The translations under genes were made by a program, and so were the position numbers. Shown here piece by piece: positions 10,458-20,765 of a DNA stretch of 64,000 bases (positions are counted from its first letter, which is position 1; the number at the start of each line of letters is the position of its first letter). The notes under the pieces are model-generated. The model did not search any database and had not been told where the DNA came from. It worked only from the letters and a program-made list of their open reading frames with translations. The stretch is taken from positions 5,440,001-5,504,000 of the forward strand of contig OZ244042.1 of NCBI GenBank assembly GCA_965215015.1, written 5' to 3'. This stretch comes from Candidatus Poribacteria bacterium. Lineage in GTDB: Bacteria; Poribacteria; WGA-4E; PCPOR2b.

Positions 10458-10833
10458 TGCTGAAAATCCATCAGTTTGCTGTTAAAGCTGAAGGACTCTA
10501 CTTTCGCCTCAGAGAAGCGCAATGTGTATAGAAACATGGTAGAACCAACCCTAAAGGCGGGCGACATGTATAAGCATACGTGAAACGTCATGCCTAAACA
10601 GTCGGAGCACAATTTGGAAGATACGCCCTCACCGCATGTTTTGTGTAGGAGGGAATTCCAATTCCCGACTCTTGCATCGGTTTCTGACGTTTGGTGTATC
10701 AACATAGCGAGTTGTGGTGTCAACCTTCTAATCGGGGCGCAGATTTCCCTATCTGCGATCGGGCCCCCGATGCAAAATCGGAGGAGGATGCGCGTCAAGT
10801 GCATAAACTTCTATCAGTTAAAGGAGCAAAATC

Positions 10834-12885
10834 ATGATACCTCAGAGACGATCCCGCAGATCAATCCATGCCTTACTCATTTCGTTGATTATTTATCTCT
10901 GCATTGCTATTACGTTGACGTTCATATATTATCAGCAAGATGGAACAGGATTTGATGAGATGGTGGAGCTCACGCTCCTTGATGAAAAAGATCTCCTCAA
11001 GTCGCGACGAGAAGCACTTAAACCACCTCCGCCGAAACGTCTCAGAGTCCCACGACAGGTTCAATCGCTAATTGTCCATCACCCCCAAACAGTCAAGTTG
11101 ACAGCTTCTGCAAATCCGATTAGTGAGACCCTCCGGCCATCAGCACAACCCTTACTTCACAGTGCAACCCCCGATCAATTCAATCCCCAGGACCAACTTC
11201 CCGATGTCACAACAGCGGCAGAACGACTCAATAGCCGTGAAACACGAATTAACGAGGTGGTCTCAACCCACTTTCAAACAACCAATGGGGAGGGAGTGAG
11301 AAGTCATCGACAGCGGGCTAAAGGAAGCGGTAAGCACGGCATCCATGCATTGGAGTCTACTGGCGCGTCAGATATCGGAACTGTTGGTAATCGGCCCGGT
11401 AAGCACGGCTCAGGTCAGGGAGAGGGCTCAATCACGGGCGAGGGTGCCTTTGCTAAGGCTTTGCATCGCATCGCCGAGCATATCATCGCTACGCGCCTGA
11501 AAAATAAAGTTGATGTCCTTTTTGTACTCGATACAAGCGCGAGTATGCAGGATAATATTCAGCAGGTCGCAGACAATCTATTCAGTATGACCAATGCGTT
11601 TGATGAAGTCAATATTGAATATTTTCTCGGCATGACTGAGTTTAGCATTAGGCAAGCGGGACAGGTGTTCAAGCGGCGTCCACTTGTGCCGGATGTTGGG
11701 ATGCTGCGGCATCGAATGGAAAAAATCCGATTGAGCGGAGATGAACACGCCCTTGATGCGATGGTGGATACCTTCAACTCTATGGAGTTTCGTTCAGATG
11801 CTGATAAGTTTCTAGTGCTAGTCACCGACGAACGCGCCACGACCCGATTCGGAATAGAATCGGACCTTAATGAGATGCGCCAGAAAGTGATCGATAATTG
11901 TCAGTTGCATGAGCTCCGTGTCAATGTGCTGGGGCATCCGGAGAGATATCAGAAGCGCCTTGCGGCGGAAACAGGAGGGCTATGGCAAGAGATTCCCGGC
12001 GGGGTCAGACAGAGTAGCTTGCCGCCTTCACGCGTTTCTCGCGGAGGTCTCGTTAAAATCTTCCGTGCAATTATCACCGATATCCGCCGAAACACCGGCC
12101 CGCGGTTATTCAGTCTTGGGCTTGAGTTCCAAGCAGCTTTGGAAGCCCACGAAGACGCTCTCGCCAAAAAACTACTTCAAGAGTTTCAAAAGCGCAACAT
12201 TCTCCTTTCTGAGACTTGGCAATCCACTGGAAGTACTACTCCCTTGGTGAAATTATTAGGTCAAAAGTGGGTGATAACAGATGACCTCGGACAATCCTAC
12301 ACAGTACGGAAAGAGGGGAAAAAACTCAATATCTACCGTAATGCCCATCCAGAAGCTTCTACACAGTCGAAGGTAGACATCGTCATCATGCTCGATTACA
12401 GCCGGAGTATGGGGGGCAAGTCTGAAGCGATAATGCTCGGCCTCAGTAACTTAATCGGGAGATTGAATCTTCTACCGATTGACTATCAAATCGGACTCAT
12501 CCGTTTTGCGGAACCCAAGGATGCAATCAAATCAATCAACGGTGTAGATGTCACCCAGATGCCGCTCGGAGAAACCGATATACGAATCCTAATGGAACTC
12601 CCCTTCGGTGGGGATGAACATCTCACAGATGCGATAGTAAAAGGGCTGCCGCGGATTCGCTTTCGTGGTGATGCTAGGCGCTTCCTCCTCGTTCTGACCG
12701 ATGAACCAAGCACCGGCACCGTCCCGCCGGAACAAGCGATAGTGCTCTGCCAATCATTAGGGTTGAGGGCATATGTCATCGGTGTGCCGCGAGAAGGCGA
12801 TTTTCAATTAAAGCTGCCTAAACAAACCGGCGGTCTGTTTTTCTGTATGCCGAAACACCAGTCCCTATCCTATCCATACCAGTGA
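10834..12885 (+). CDS. Membrane-anchored double-VWA domain protein
   Basis: N-terminal TM, Pro/Gly-rich stalk, two VWA domains (DTSASM..GDE..VTDE and DYSRSM..GGDE..LTDE). Confidence 0.85.
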   Translation: MIPQRRSRRSIHALLISLIIYLCIAITLTFIYYQQDGTGFDEMVELTLLDEKDLLKSRREALKPPPPKRLRVPRQVQSLIVHHPQTVKLTASANPISETLRPSAQPLLHSATPDQFNPQDQLPDVTTAAERLNSRETRINEVVSTHFQTTNGEGVRSHRQRAKGSGKHGIHALESTGASDIGTVGNRPGKHGSGQGEGSITGEGAFAKALHRIAEHIIATRLKNKVDVLFVLDTSASMQDNIQQVADNLFSMTNAFDEVNIEYFLGMTEFSIRQAGQVFKRRPLVPDVGMLRHRMEKIRLSGDEHALDAMVDTFNSMEFRSDADKFLVLVTDERATTRFGIESDLNEMRQKVIDNCQLHELRVNVLGHPERYQKRLAAETGGLWQEIPGGVRQSSLPPSRVSRGGLVKIFRAIITDIRRNTGPRLFSLGLEFQAALEAHEDALAKKLLQEFQKRNILLSETWQSTGSTTPLVKLLGQKWVITDDLGQSYTVRKEGKKLNIYRNAHPEASTQSKVDIVIMLDYSRSMGGKSEAIMLGLSNLIGRLNLLPIDYQIGLIRFAEPKDAIKSINGVDVTQMPLGETDIRILMELPFGGDEHLTDAIVKGLPRIRFRGDARRFLLVLTDEPSTGTVPPEQAIVLCQSLGLRAYVIGVPREGDFQLKLPKQTGGLFFCMPKHQSLSYPYQ

Positions 12886-12963
12886 TATATTCCCACAGCT
12901 GATGGGCATTTCTTATAGGTATCGTCCTTTGAGGCAAAAAAAACACGCGAATGAAAAAAAATC

Positions 12964-12992
12964 TTGACAAAAGGAAACGTATTTGATATAAT
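12964..12992 (+). promoter_or_regulatory. Consensus sigma70 promoter of the tetR gene
   Basis: TTGACA-17-TATAAT, a perfect consensus. Confidence 0.9.
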
Positions 12993-13004
12993 TAACAGTG
13001 TTAA
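12992..13004. promoter_or_regulatory. Putative TetR operator 1
   Basis: TTAACAGTGTTAA near-palindrome at the -10/TSS; second copy at 13690. Confidence 0.7.
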
Positions 13005-13030
13005 GTTAAATTACCATGTAAATTAAGGGG

Positions 13031-13642
13031 GTGAAAATGGGTGCTAAAGAACGGAGAGCGAGGGAAAAAGAGCAGTTACGGCGTCAAATTCTTTCTGCAG
13101 CGCGAGAATTGTTCGTCAATGAAGGCTACGAGAATGTCTCTATGCGAAAGATTGCTAATAAAATCGAGTATTCACCGACGACAATCTACCTTTACTTCAA
13201 AGACAAGGCAAATCTTTTGGATTCCGTTTGCAAGGAGACTCTCCTGGACCTCTTGAACACGCTTGAGCTTCTAAAAAGAGATAAAAGTGCCCCCGTCGAG
13301 GCCCTGAGAAAAAGTGGAAAAGCCTATGTCGAATTCGGTCTAAAATATCCGCAAGATTATAAGCTGACATTTGTTGTCCGTCCCCAGTTCCAGACGGGTT
13401 TAGGTCTGCAAGAGGGATCGGTCGGCGAAAGGGTGTTTAATAACCTGCGCGCAACGGTCTCCGAATGTATTCGACAGAAGGCATTCCGCCAAGTGGATGT
13501 CGATGCCACCGGTCAGGCACTGTGGTCAGCGGTTCATGGTGTCACATTGCTCCTGATTGATTTTTCCGATTTCCCTTGGAGTGACAAAGATAAATTAATC
13601 GACATGGTGATTGACACGATGATCGAAGGTTTGAAGGCATAG
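13031..13642 (+). CDS. TetR/AcrR family regulator (WHG-type C-terminus)
   Basis: HTH SMRKIANKIEYSPTTIYLYFKDK; WSAVHG. Confidence 0.93.
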   Translation: MKMGAKERRAREKEQLRRQILSAARELFVNEGYENVSMRKIANKIEYSPTTIYLYFKDKANLLDSVCKETLLDLLNTLELLKRDKSAPVEALRKSGKAYVEFGLKYPQDYKLTFVVRPQFQTGLGLQEGSVGERVFNNLRATVSECIRQKAFRQVDVDATGQALWSAVHGVTLLLIDFSDFPWSDKDKLIDMVIDTMIEGLKA

Positions 13643-13689
13643 ATTGTAAATTATTTGGCGAAGGGTGCCATATTTTTTTTGCCAATATA

Positions 13690-13702
13690 TTAACGGTGTT
13701 AA
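13690..13702. promoter_or_regulatory. Putative TetR operator 2
   Basis: TTAACGGTGTTAA upstream of the FG-GAP gene. Confidence 0.65.
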
Positions 13703-13749
13703 TTTATTTATCTATGTTAATATATGGAAATCCTGAGAGGAAAATAAGG

Positions 13750-15408
13750 ATGAAAAATCGAAACCTATCCCACAAGCACTGTCTTTTTGCAAAACTTAGT
13801 TCGGCTACCAATCACGCGAGGTGCTATAGACGAAGCCTATTCTCCATCTTGGTTCTTGGAGTGTTCCTATCGGGCTGTTCTGGTCTGTTTGGCAAAGGGG
13901 TCGATCCGATGTCGTCTGCCGCGGAATTTACTTTCGAGCAGTACGAGGTCGGCACCGGCACCGCGAAACACCAGACCGTTTTGACGGGATTTCTTCTCGG
14001 TGGTACTATCGCAGAACTTGTCGTGGTGAACGCCAACGCGGAGGGCGATCGCCGCTTGCACATCTACACATTCGCCGACGACAGCTGGACACCGAAACTG
14101 GACATAACGCTGCGTCCCGAAGTGTTGTTCGTCGACATCGCTAACATCGGTGGATGCGATCGATTGATTATGTATGAAACCGGTCACCTGAACTGGTTCG
14201 ATCCCGAATCAGCAACGGAGCACATGCTGGTAGCAGTTACTTCCAATACCCCACCTCCCGAAGGCGAAATTACCCATGTCGATATCACTCATGACCTCAA
14301 CAGCGACAACCGCGATGATCTGGTCGTGCCAGACTCAGATGGCTTCTGGGTGTTTATCCAAATGAACGATGGCACGCTCGCCGATCCAGTACAGATTGGG
14401 TCCCCCATTGAGACGAGCAGGATCTACGCCGCCGATGGATATCGATACAACCCCTGGGTTGAGGGCAATGTCCACGAAATGGACTATAACCGGGATGGAC
14501 GCAGCGACTTGGTATTCTGGAACGAAGATCATTTCCTCGTTAGTCTCCAAGATGAGCGAGGGTTATTCTCTCAGGAGGTAGAGACCTTCACAACCGAGGT
14601 AGCCTTCGATTCCGACGACCTCGCCTCGCTTGTTGCACCCGATGGGGTTCGCGGACGGCGTTTTGACCACGGTGCACCCGGTGCCATGACGGGAAGAGTG
14701 CTCCACACGTTGACCGACATGAATCACGATGGCGTTGCCGACCTCGCAATCTTCTCGTTGCAGGCAGGCAGCAGTCGCCTCTTGGGACAAACATCCGAGC
14801 TGTGGAATATGCAATCCACCTACGAGGTGCACTTCGGCGCACCCACACCCGGTGGCACCGTGTTCGGGACAGAGGTCGGCACCATGATTCGGTCGGATGG
14901 CATCCCCTTCGAGATAGGCGCGCGCGATTTTGACCATGACGGTCAGGTCGATGTGATGGTCGCGATCATCGACCCGGGCATCTTCAAAATCATCGGTATG
15001 TTGGCTAGGGGGCTTGTGACGCATTCTGCGTTGCTGGATCTCCATCTCTACCGCATGGAAGGAGGCTCGTATCCCGACGAGCATGACGCCACCTACAAAA
15101 TCAAGGCGTACACCCCCGGCGATTCAGGGAAGAAGGCCATGCACTTTCCGTCGGTGCTGTTCGGAGACGTGAACGGCGACGGACTGCCAGATCTGCTGGT
15201 GCAGCATGGGCAGAAAGAACTACACATCTTTAACGGCGTACCAGGCCCCAATCTGTTCGTCAAGCAACCTCAAAAAGTGGCAGTCACGATGCCCTATGAG
15301 GAATATACATGGCTGGTGGATCTCAATAAGGATGGCGTGCAGGACATCCTCATGCACCACCTGTCCACCACCGAGCCGCATCGAGTGACGTCCCTGATCG
15401 CCCAATGA
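13750..15408 (+). CDS. FG-GAP/VCBS repeat lipoprotein
   Basis: Lipobox FLSGC; repeated D-x-N-x-D-G-x-x-D motifs (DLNSDNRDD, DYNRDGRSD, DMNHDGVAD, DFDHDGQVD, DVNGDGLPD, DLNKDGVQD). Confidence 0.85.
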   Translation: MKNRNLSHKHCLFAKLSSATNHARCYRRSLFSILVLGVFLSGCSGLFGKGVDPMSSAAEFTFEQYEVGTGTAKHQTVLTGFLLGGTIAELVVVNANAEGDRRLHIYTFADDSWTPKLDITLRPEVLFVDIANIGGCDRLIMYETGHLNWFDPESATEHMLVAVTSNTPPPEGEITHVDITHDLNSDNRDDLVVPDSDGFWVFIQMNDGTLADPVQIGSPIETSRIYAADGYRYNPWVEGNVHEMDYNRDGRSDLVFWNEDHFLVSLQDERGLFSQEVETFTTEVAFDSDDLASLVAPDGVRGRRFDHGAPGAMTGRVLHTLTDMNHDGVADLAIFSLQAGSSRLLGQTSELWNMQSTYEVHFGAPTPGGTVFGTEVGTMIRSDGIPFEIGARDFDHDGQVDVMVAIIDPGIFKIIGMLARGLVTHSALLDLHLYRMEGGSYPDEHDATYKIKAYTPGDSGKKAMHFPSVLFGDVNGDGLPDLLVQHGQKELHIFNGVPGPNLFVKQPQKVAVTMPYEEYTWLVDLNKDGVQDILMHHLSTTEPHRVTSLIAQ

Positions 15409-15514
15409 GCGAAATCAGTGACTTATACCGTTTCTAAATCATTTGGTCTCACGATTTGGACAGAAAACAATGCGTATCAACGAGGAAGTACCTCCGTTCA
15501 AGGGTTGATCAGTT

Positions 15515-15919
15515 GAGGAGTGCTCATAAATAGGGCCTGATGTGTATACTCTCAACGGGCGTTGGTCTTGGAAACCAAGCCCCTACAATTGGCCAAAGCG
15601 ATCTTGCCCGAGTAAGCGATGACACGCATTGAATAATGAGCACCTCTCAAATAAATAACCCTGTTCGTAGTAGCGCAATTCATTGCCCATTTGTCCCTAT
15701 CCGTGTCCTCCGCTAAAGCCGCGATCCAACACTTTTTCATTTGTGTCGATTGGCGGAGATTTGCGGAGCCATTTTTCAACCATGAATCCGCGCGAATCTT
15801 CGCCAATTGCTATTCACACGCGCCAACAAATTTTCCCGAACATTCAATTGTTTCTCAACCCGTGTTATCTGAGTCAGCCGTTTAATTCGGGATTCAGACA
15901 ATTATTATGAGCACCCCTC
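15515..15919. mobile_element. MITE-like element, family B
   Basis: TIR GAGGAGTGCTCATAA ... TTATGAGCACCCCTC (15 bp, 1 mismatch) enclosing the 175-bp repeat. A lone right end also occurs at 63552-63566. Confidence 0.7.
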
Positions 15920-16010
15920 GATTAGTTCATGAGTTCACCGATTCGTGGATTCATGGGTTCAAAAAACGTGAGTTTTCGTCGGGTTTCACATTTCAAAAAG
16001 GAGGAAAATA

Positions 16011-16571
16011 ATGATACGCTCAATTTCACCCCTAATCGGTATCCTTTTGGCGATAATCTTCAGTGTTTCAGCTCAAGCGCAAGCAGCTGACCTCATCAAG
16101 AGTTTCGGTATTGGACTTCAGGGAGCTACCCCCGCATACGCTCTTCTTGACGAGCAACCGCAGACAATCATTGGTGGAATCAGTTTTCGCTATAACAGAC
16201 TAGCACCCGTCTATCTTCAAACTGTTGGTCGTTTTATTCTCAATGATCAGGATAGCGACCATATATTGGGTGCTGGCATTTCATATGCTATATTCGAGCA
16301 CCAAAGCGAGTGGACCATAGCCCGACTTTATTTTACCTTAGAAGGTGGCGGGCGATATGAAAAAGAGCAGGAGCTGGATCAAGAGATTGTCAAAACCACG
16401 ACTCTCGGAGTTGGGCTCGCTTTTGGAGGTGAACTTGTGTTTCCAATTGGGGGGATTCCCCTCGGCTTGAGCGTGAAAGTTGGCCAAGGGTTCAGTAGGG
16501 AAAAGACTGACTCTCAATCCAAGGGTCGCGCTGGCGTTTACGTGGGAACGGGCATACATGCCTATTTTTAG
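16011..16571 (+). CDS. Small outer-membrane beta-barrel protein
   Basis: Signal peptide AQA, alternating beta-strands, C-terminal Phe (GIHAYF); strong RBS. Confidence 0.75.
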   Translation: MIRSISPLIGILLAIIFSVSAQAQAADLIKSFGIGLQGATPAYALLDEQPQTIIGGISFRYNRLAPVYLQTVGRFILNDQDSDHILGAGISYAIFEHQSEWTIARLYFTLEGGGRYEKEQELDQEIVKTTTLGVGLAFGGELVFPIGGIPLGLSVKVGQGFSREKTDSQSKGRAGVYVGTGIHAYF

Positions 16572-16722
16572 ATTGGTATCAGTTAAACTCATAATCAACT
16601 TTTTACACATACGCTTCACGTTCCACATTCATTAGTGTAGGTTGGGTTTTATAGTTCCTGTTCAACCCAACTTACACTAATGAACCAATGAACTAACATG
16701 GCGGGGGCAACTTAGATTATAA

Positions 16723-16880
16723 TAATCCAAGTTGCTAAAGAGTTCGTAGGTCAAGTTTCCATACTCGACGGCTAATGGAAATAGCCATACAATCCAATCG
16801 TAGCACAGGTTTCTCAACCTGTAATCGTCGAGCAGAGTCCGCCCACGATGAAAGTCAACAGCACCTAGCAACTTAGGTTA
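16723..16880. mobile_element. MITE-like element, family D, with two GTAG hairpins
   Basis: TAATCCAAGTTGC ... GCAACTTAGGTTA ends. The CAAGTTGC/GCAACTT motif recurs at ~9970, 10361, 21583, 24507, 28630 and 58629. Confidence 0.55.
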
Positions 16881-16921
16881 TAATAGCCAATAGGTTGATT
16901 CGTGTCAGATCCATTTAGTGC

Positions 16922-16950
16922 TTGCATTTCTGGATTAGGTGTGCTAAAAT
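16922..16950 (+). promoter_or_regulatory. Putative sigma70 promoter
   Basis: TTGCAT-17-TAAAAT with TG extension. Confidence 0.55.
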
Positions 16951-17066
16951 CAGTCTAGTCTCTTAAAGGGCTTTGATAAAACTAGTGAAGGACAAATTCG
17001 ACTTTAAGTGGGCGTGTGAACGTGATTAACACTCAATTCTAAAACAATAGTGTAAGGAAAAATACA

Positions 17067-17639
17067 ATGGCAGACGTTCTGATTATCGGTGATGGTCCCG
17101 GCGGTTTAAGTGCCGCACTTTTCCTAGCCAAAAACGACATGAACGTAACCGTTTTTGGGCAGAATAAAACTTTTATGCACGATGCGATGCTCTACAATTA
17201 CTTGGGCATTCCTCAGATGACTGGAACTGAGTTTCAAGAGGTTTCGCGTAAACAGGTCGAGGGATTCGGCGGCAAAATTCTTGATGTCGAAGTGGCCGGG
17301 ATCGAGACGGGTGGAACTGAATTTTCCGTGAGTACGGCAGCGGGAGATAAACATCAGGGAAAATACCTTATCGTTGCGACCGGTTTTGAGGAGGGGTTGG
17401 TCGAAACGATCGGATTGGGTACCGATAGCGATAATGATGATGCTATTATTGCCGATCGAGAGGGAAAGACGGCTGTTGAAAACCTCTATGTTATCGGTTG
17501 GCTGACTCGCGGTCAGCGGACACAAGCGATCATTTCCGCCGGTGAAGGCGCAGCAGCAGCGTTAAGTATTCTCTCAACCGAAGCTGGGAGGGACTTTCAC
17601 GATTTTGATGTCGTCAAAGAAGATGGAGATGACGAGTAA
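17067..17639 (+). CDS. Short FAD-dependent oxidoreductase (thioredoxin-reductase-like, lacks NADPH domain and CxxC)
   Basis: IIGDGPGGLSAA, IVATG, QAIISAGEG; only 190 aa. Confidence 0.85.
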   Translation: MADVLIIGDGPGGLSAALFLAKNDMNVTVFGQNKTFMHDAMLYNYLGIPQMTGTEFQEVSRKQVEGFGGKILDVEVAGIETGGTEFSVSTAAGDKHQGKYLIVATGFEEGLVETIGLGTDSDNDDAIIADREGKTAVENLYVIGWLTRGQRTQAIISAGEGAAAALSILSTEAGRDFHDFDVVKEDGDDE

Positions 17640-17666
17640 GACACGGCAACTCGTCAGCAACTAAGA

Positions 17667-17696
17667 GGCTCAGGGACGTTGTCTCTGGGCTTTTTT
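17667..17696 (+). terminator. Rho-independent terminator
   Basis: gctcaggga-cgttg-tctctgggc followed by T6. Confidence 0.7.
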
Positions 17697-17733
17697 AAAG
17701 CCGGTAAGTTTTTAACATTGAAGGAGAACTGGA

Positions 17734-19284
17734 ATGCGATGGTCCAGAATAAATACAACCAGGACGCAAAAAACACTGTACTGCCTCATTTGTCTGCTGT
17801 TTACTTTGTATGCAGTCACCTTACACGCAACCGGATTTGAAGATGTCCAGCAAAAAATTAGAGAGCATGTTTTGTCCAACGGTATGAAGTTCATCATCCT
17901 TGAACGACATGAAGCACCAGTATTTTCAGGATATATCTATGTCAACGTTGGCAGTGCTGACGAAATGTATGGAAACACTGGAATTGCCCATGTCTTTGAA
18001 CACATGGCATTCAAGGGGACCACGACGCTCGGAACAAAAGGGTACGATAATGAAAAAGCACTTATGGATAAAATGGATGAGGTGTTTGATCGACTCAGAG
18101 CCGAATGGGCGAAAGGCGATCACGCAGATGCGGAAAAGCTGGGCGAATTAGACAGAGAATTTAAGCGACTTCAGGAGGAAGCCTCTCAATACTCTGATGG
18201 TGAGGAATACACGAAAATCTTAGAACAGGAAGGAGCTGTTGGTGTCAATGCCGGCACGTCCGCCGATTGGACTGCGTATTTCTATAGTCTTCCTTCAAAT
18301 AGGATTGAGTTGTGGATGGCACTGGAATCGGAGCGATTTATTGATCCCGTGATGCGAGAGTTTTTCAGGGAGAAAGAGGTCATTAAAGAAGAGCGGCGGA
18401 TGCGGACTGAAAGCAGTCCAATCGGTAGACTGATTGAGGAACTCCAAGCACTTGCATATCTGGCGCATCCCTATGGTCATCCAATCATTGGACACATGTC
18501 AGATATTAACACGACAACGCGAGCGGAAGCCCTTCAGTTTTTTGAAAAATACTATACCCCCGGCAATATGGTTGCTGCAATTGTTGGCGATGTAAATACC
18601 GATGAAGTTATCCAGATGGCGGAAAAATATTTTGGCAGAATGCCTGCTCGCCCAAATCCATCCCACGTTGAAACTACTGAGCCAAAACAGTTAGGAGAAC
18701 GGCGCATCAAAATTGTAGAACAAACGCAGCCATTCATTGCTATTGCCTACCACAAACCCGAAGTCAGACATCCGGACAACGCTGTATTTGGTGCAATAAC
18801 GGATATTTTGGCTTCGGGGCGAACGTCCCGCCTTTATAAAAAATTAATTCGCGACGAAAAGGTCTCCATTTCCGCCGGGGCTTTCCCGGGATTTCCGGGC
18901 GACAAATACTCAAATCTCTTCCTCTTCTATTCTTTTCCGGCACCAGGGCACACGAACTCGAAAAACGAAGAGATGATTTTGGCTGAAATTGAGCATCTCA
19001 AAACGGAGTTAGTTTCGGAAGCAGAACTAAAGAAAGTTAAAACACTTGCCAAGGCGGCACAAATCCGTTCCCTGCGTTCTAACAGCGGGTTAGCTGGAAT
19101 GTTATGTAGTGCTGAGTTCCTTCTAGGGGACTGGCGGGAGCTGTTTAAGTCGCTTGAGCACATTGAAAAAGTGACGAGCGAAGATATCAAACGGGTTGCA
19201 AATGAATATTTTGTGGATTCCAACAGATCCGTGGCAGAGATTGTGACATCGGCATCCGATGAAGAAAAGGAGGAAAGTCAGTGA
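17734..19284 (+). CDS. M16 (pitrilysin) family zinc peptidase, catalytic subunit
   Basis: Signal peptide, inverted zincin HVFEH, distal EERR. Confidence 0.92.
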   Translation: MRWSRINTTRTQKTLYCLICLLFTLYAVTLHATGFEDVQQKIREHVLSNGMKFIILERHEAPVFSGYIYVNVGSADEMYGNTGIAHVFEHMAFKGTTTLGTKGYDNEKALMDKMDEVFDRLRAEWAKGDHADAEKLGELDREFKRLQEEASQYSDGEEYTKILEQEGAVGVNAGTSADWTAYFYSLPSNRIELWMALESERFIDPVMREFFREKEVIKEERRMRTESSPIGRLIEELQALAYLAHPYGHPIIGHMSDINTTTRAEALQFFEKYYTPGNMVAAIVGDVNTDEVIQMAEKYFGRMPARPNPSHVETTEPKQLGERRIKIVEQTQPFIAIAYHKPEVRHPDNAVFGAITDILASGRTSRLYKKLIRDEKVSISAGAFPGFPGDKYSNLFLFYSFPAPGHTNSKNEEMILAEIEHLKTELVSEAELKKVKTLAKAAQIRSLRSNSGLAGMLCSAEFLLGDWRELFKSLEHIEKVTSEDIKRVANEYFVDSNRSVAEIVTSASDEEKEESQ

Positions 19285-20735
19285 GAAAGTATCCATTGTA
19301 TTGGCTGATATGGGGTCTTGTCCTAATTCTTTTTATGGCTGCTACTGGGGAGGCGCAAAACAAGCCGCACGAAGGGCTTGTTTATCCACCTCTAAATCAA
19401 CCGCAGCCACCCGTCCCCGATAGGTTTGAATTAGATAATGGGATGATTGTTTATCTCCTAGAAGATCATGAACTGCCAATTATCGATATTTCCGTGCGGA
19501 TTCGCACCGGTTCAATCTACGAGCCTGTGCACAAAGTTGGTCTAGCATCGATCACAGGAGCAGTCATGCGAACAGGTGGCACCACAAGTAAAACCGGAGA
19601 TGAGCTTGATGAAATTCTGGAAAATTTAGCTGCGTCCGTTGAAACAGACATCGGTGATGATTCAGGCTCGGCGGCGATGTCAGTTTTGAAAGAGGACCTC
19701 GATACGGGACTATCTATCCTCGCCGATATTCTCATGAATCCTGCATTCCGGAAGGATAAAATCGAGTTAGAAAAAGTGCAACATCGCGGTGCCATCGCGC
19801 GGCGAAATGACGATCCGGGGGGTATCACGAGACGAGAGTTTAGTAAACTCATCTATGGAGCGGCCAGTCCTTATGCACGCACAACCGAGTATGATACGAT
19901 TAACAGTATCACCCGTGATGACCTTGTGGCTTTTTATCAGAAATCTTTCCGGCCGAACAACATCATTTTAGGTGTGCTTGGAGACTTCAATTCCGAAGTG
20001 ATGCTGGTAAAAATTCAGGAGGCCTTCAAGGAATGGCAACCGGCAGAGATTGACCTTCCTGAAAAACCTAAAATCCCCGAAATGTATGGGAAGAAAGTGG
20101 CACTAGTGAACAAGGATGACGTGAACCAAACGAATATCCGTATGGGACATATTGGCTGGTTGCGTAAGAATGAAGATTACCCCGCTCTGGTCGTGATGTC
20201 CCAGATTCTGGGGATTGGATTTTCCAGTCGATTGATAAACAGCATCCGAGTTGAAAAAGGGCTGGCATATTCTGTTGGAAACAATTACGGTGCGGGTTAT
20301 GATGTCCCCGGCGTTTTTTTTATTGCATGTGGGACCAAGTCGGAAGCCACCGTAAGGGCCATCGAAGCGATTTTGGTTGAAGTCAAAAGGATGCGAACCG
20401 AAGAGGTCACCGACGATGAGTTAAAGCAAGCAATCGATGGCTTCATGAATTCTTCTGTGTTTGACTATGATACCAAAGGAGAAATTCTGTCTCGAGCACT
20501 TCGGTATGAATACTATGAATATCCACAAGATTTTGTTGAGCAACTCATGGCAGGCATTCGGGAAGTTACGAAAGCAGATATCAAGCGCGTTGCCGCTGAA
20601 TACCTACATCCCGATAAATTTGCGCTCATCGCTGTTGGCAAAGCCAGCGATTTTGATAAACCTTTGAATACGCTCGGGGATGTCACAGAAATCGACATTA
20701 CCATCCCACCCCCCTCCCCCGAACCTGCTCCTTAA
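19281..20735 (+). CDS. M16 family peptidase, non-catalytic subunit
   Basis: LDNGM start, no HxxEH, SRL..IR.EKGLAY motif; GTGA overlap with the upstream gene. Confidence 0.9.
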   Translation: MRKYPLYWLIWGLVLILFMAATGEAQNKPHEGLVYPPLNQPQPPVPDRFELDNGMIVYLLEDHELPIIDISVRIRTGSIYEPVHKVGLASITGAVMRTGGTTSKTGDELDEILENLAASVETDIGDDSGSAAMSVLKEDLDTGLSILADILMNPAFRKDKIELEKVQHRGAIARRNDDPGGITRREFSKLIYGAASPYARTTEYDTINSITRDDLVAFYQKSFRPNNIILGVLGDFNSEVMLVKIQEAFKEWQPAEIDLPEKPKIPEMYGKKVALVNKDDVNQTNIRMGHIGWLRKNEDYPALVVMSQILGIGFSSRLINSIRVEKGLAYSVGNNYGAGYDVPGVFFIACGTKSEATVRAIEAILVEVKRMRTEEVTDDELKQAIDGFMNSSVFDYDTKGEILSRALRYEYYEYPQDFVEQLMAGIREVTKADIKRVAAEYLHPDKFALIAVGKASDFDKPLNTLGDVTEIDITIPPPSPEPAP

Positions 20736-20765
20736 GCGGGTGAAGCGGAGATCGCAAAAGCACAG

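Noticed and set aside
1293-15730. Repeats read as a CRISPR array
   Set aside because: Copies are dispersed rather than regularly spaced, and no cas genes are present.
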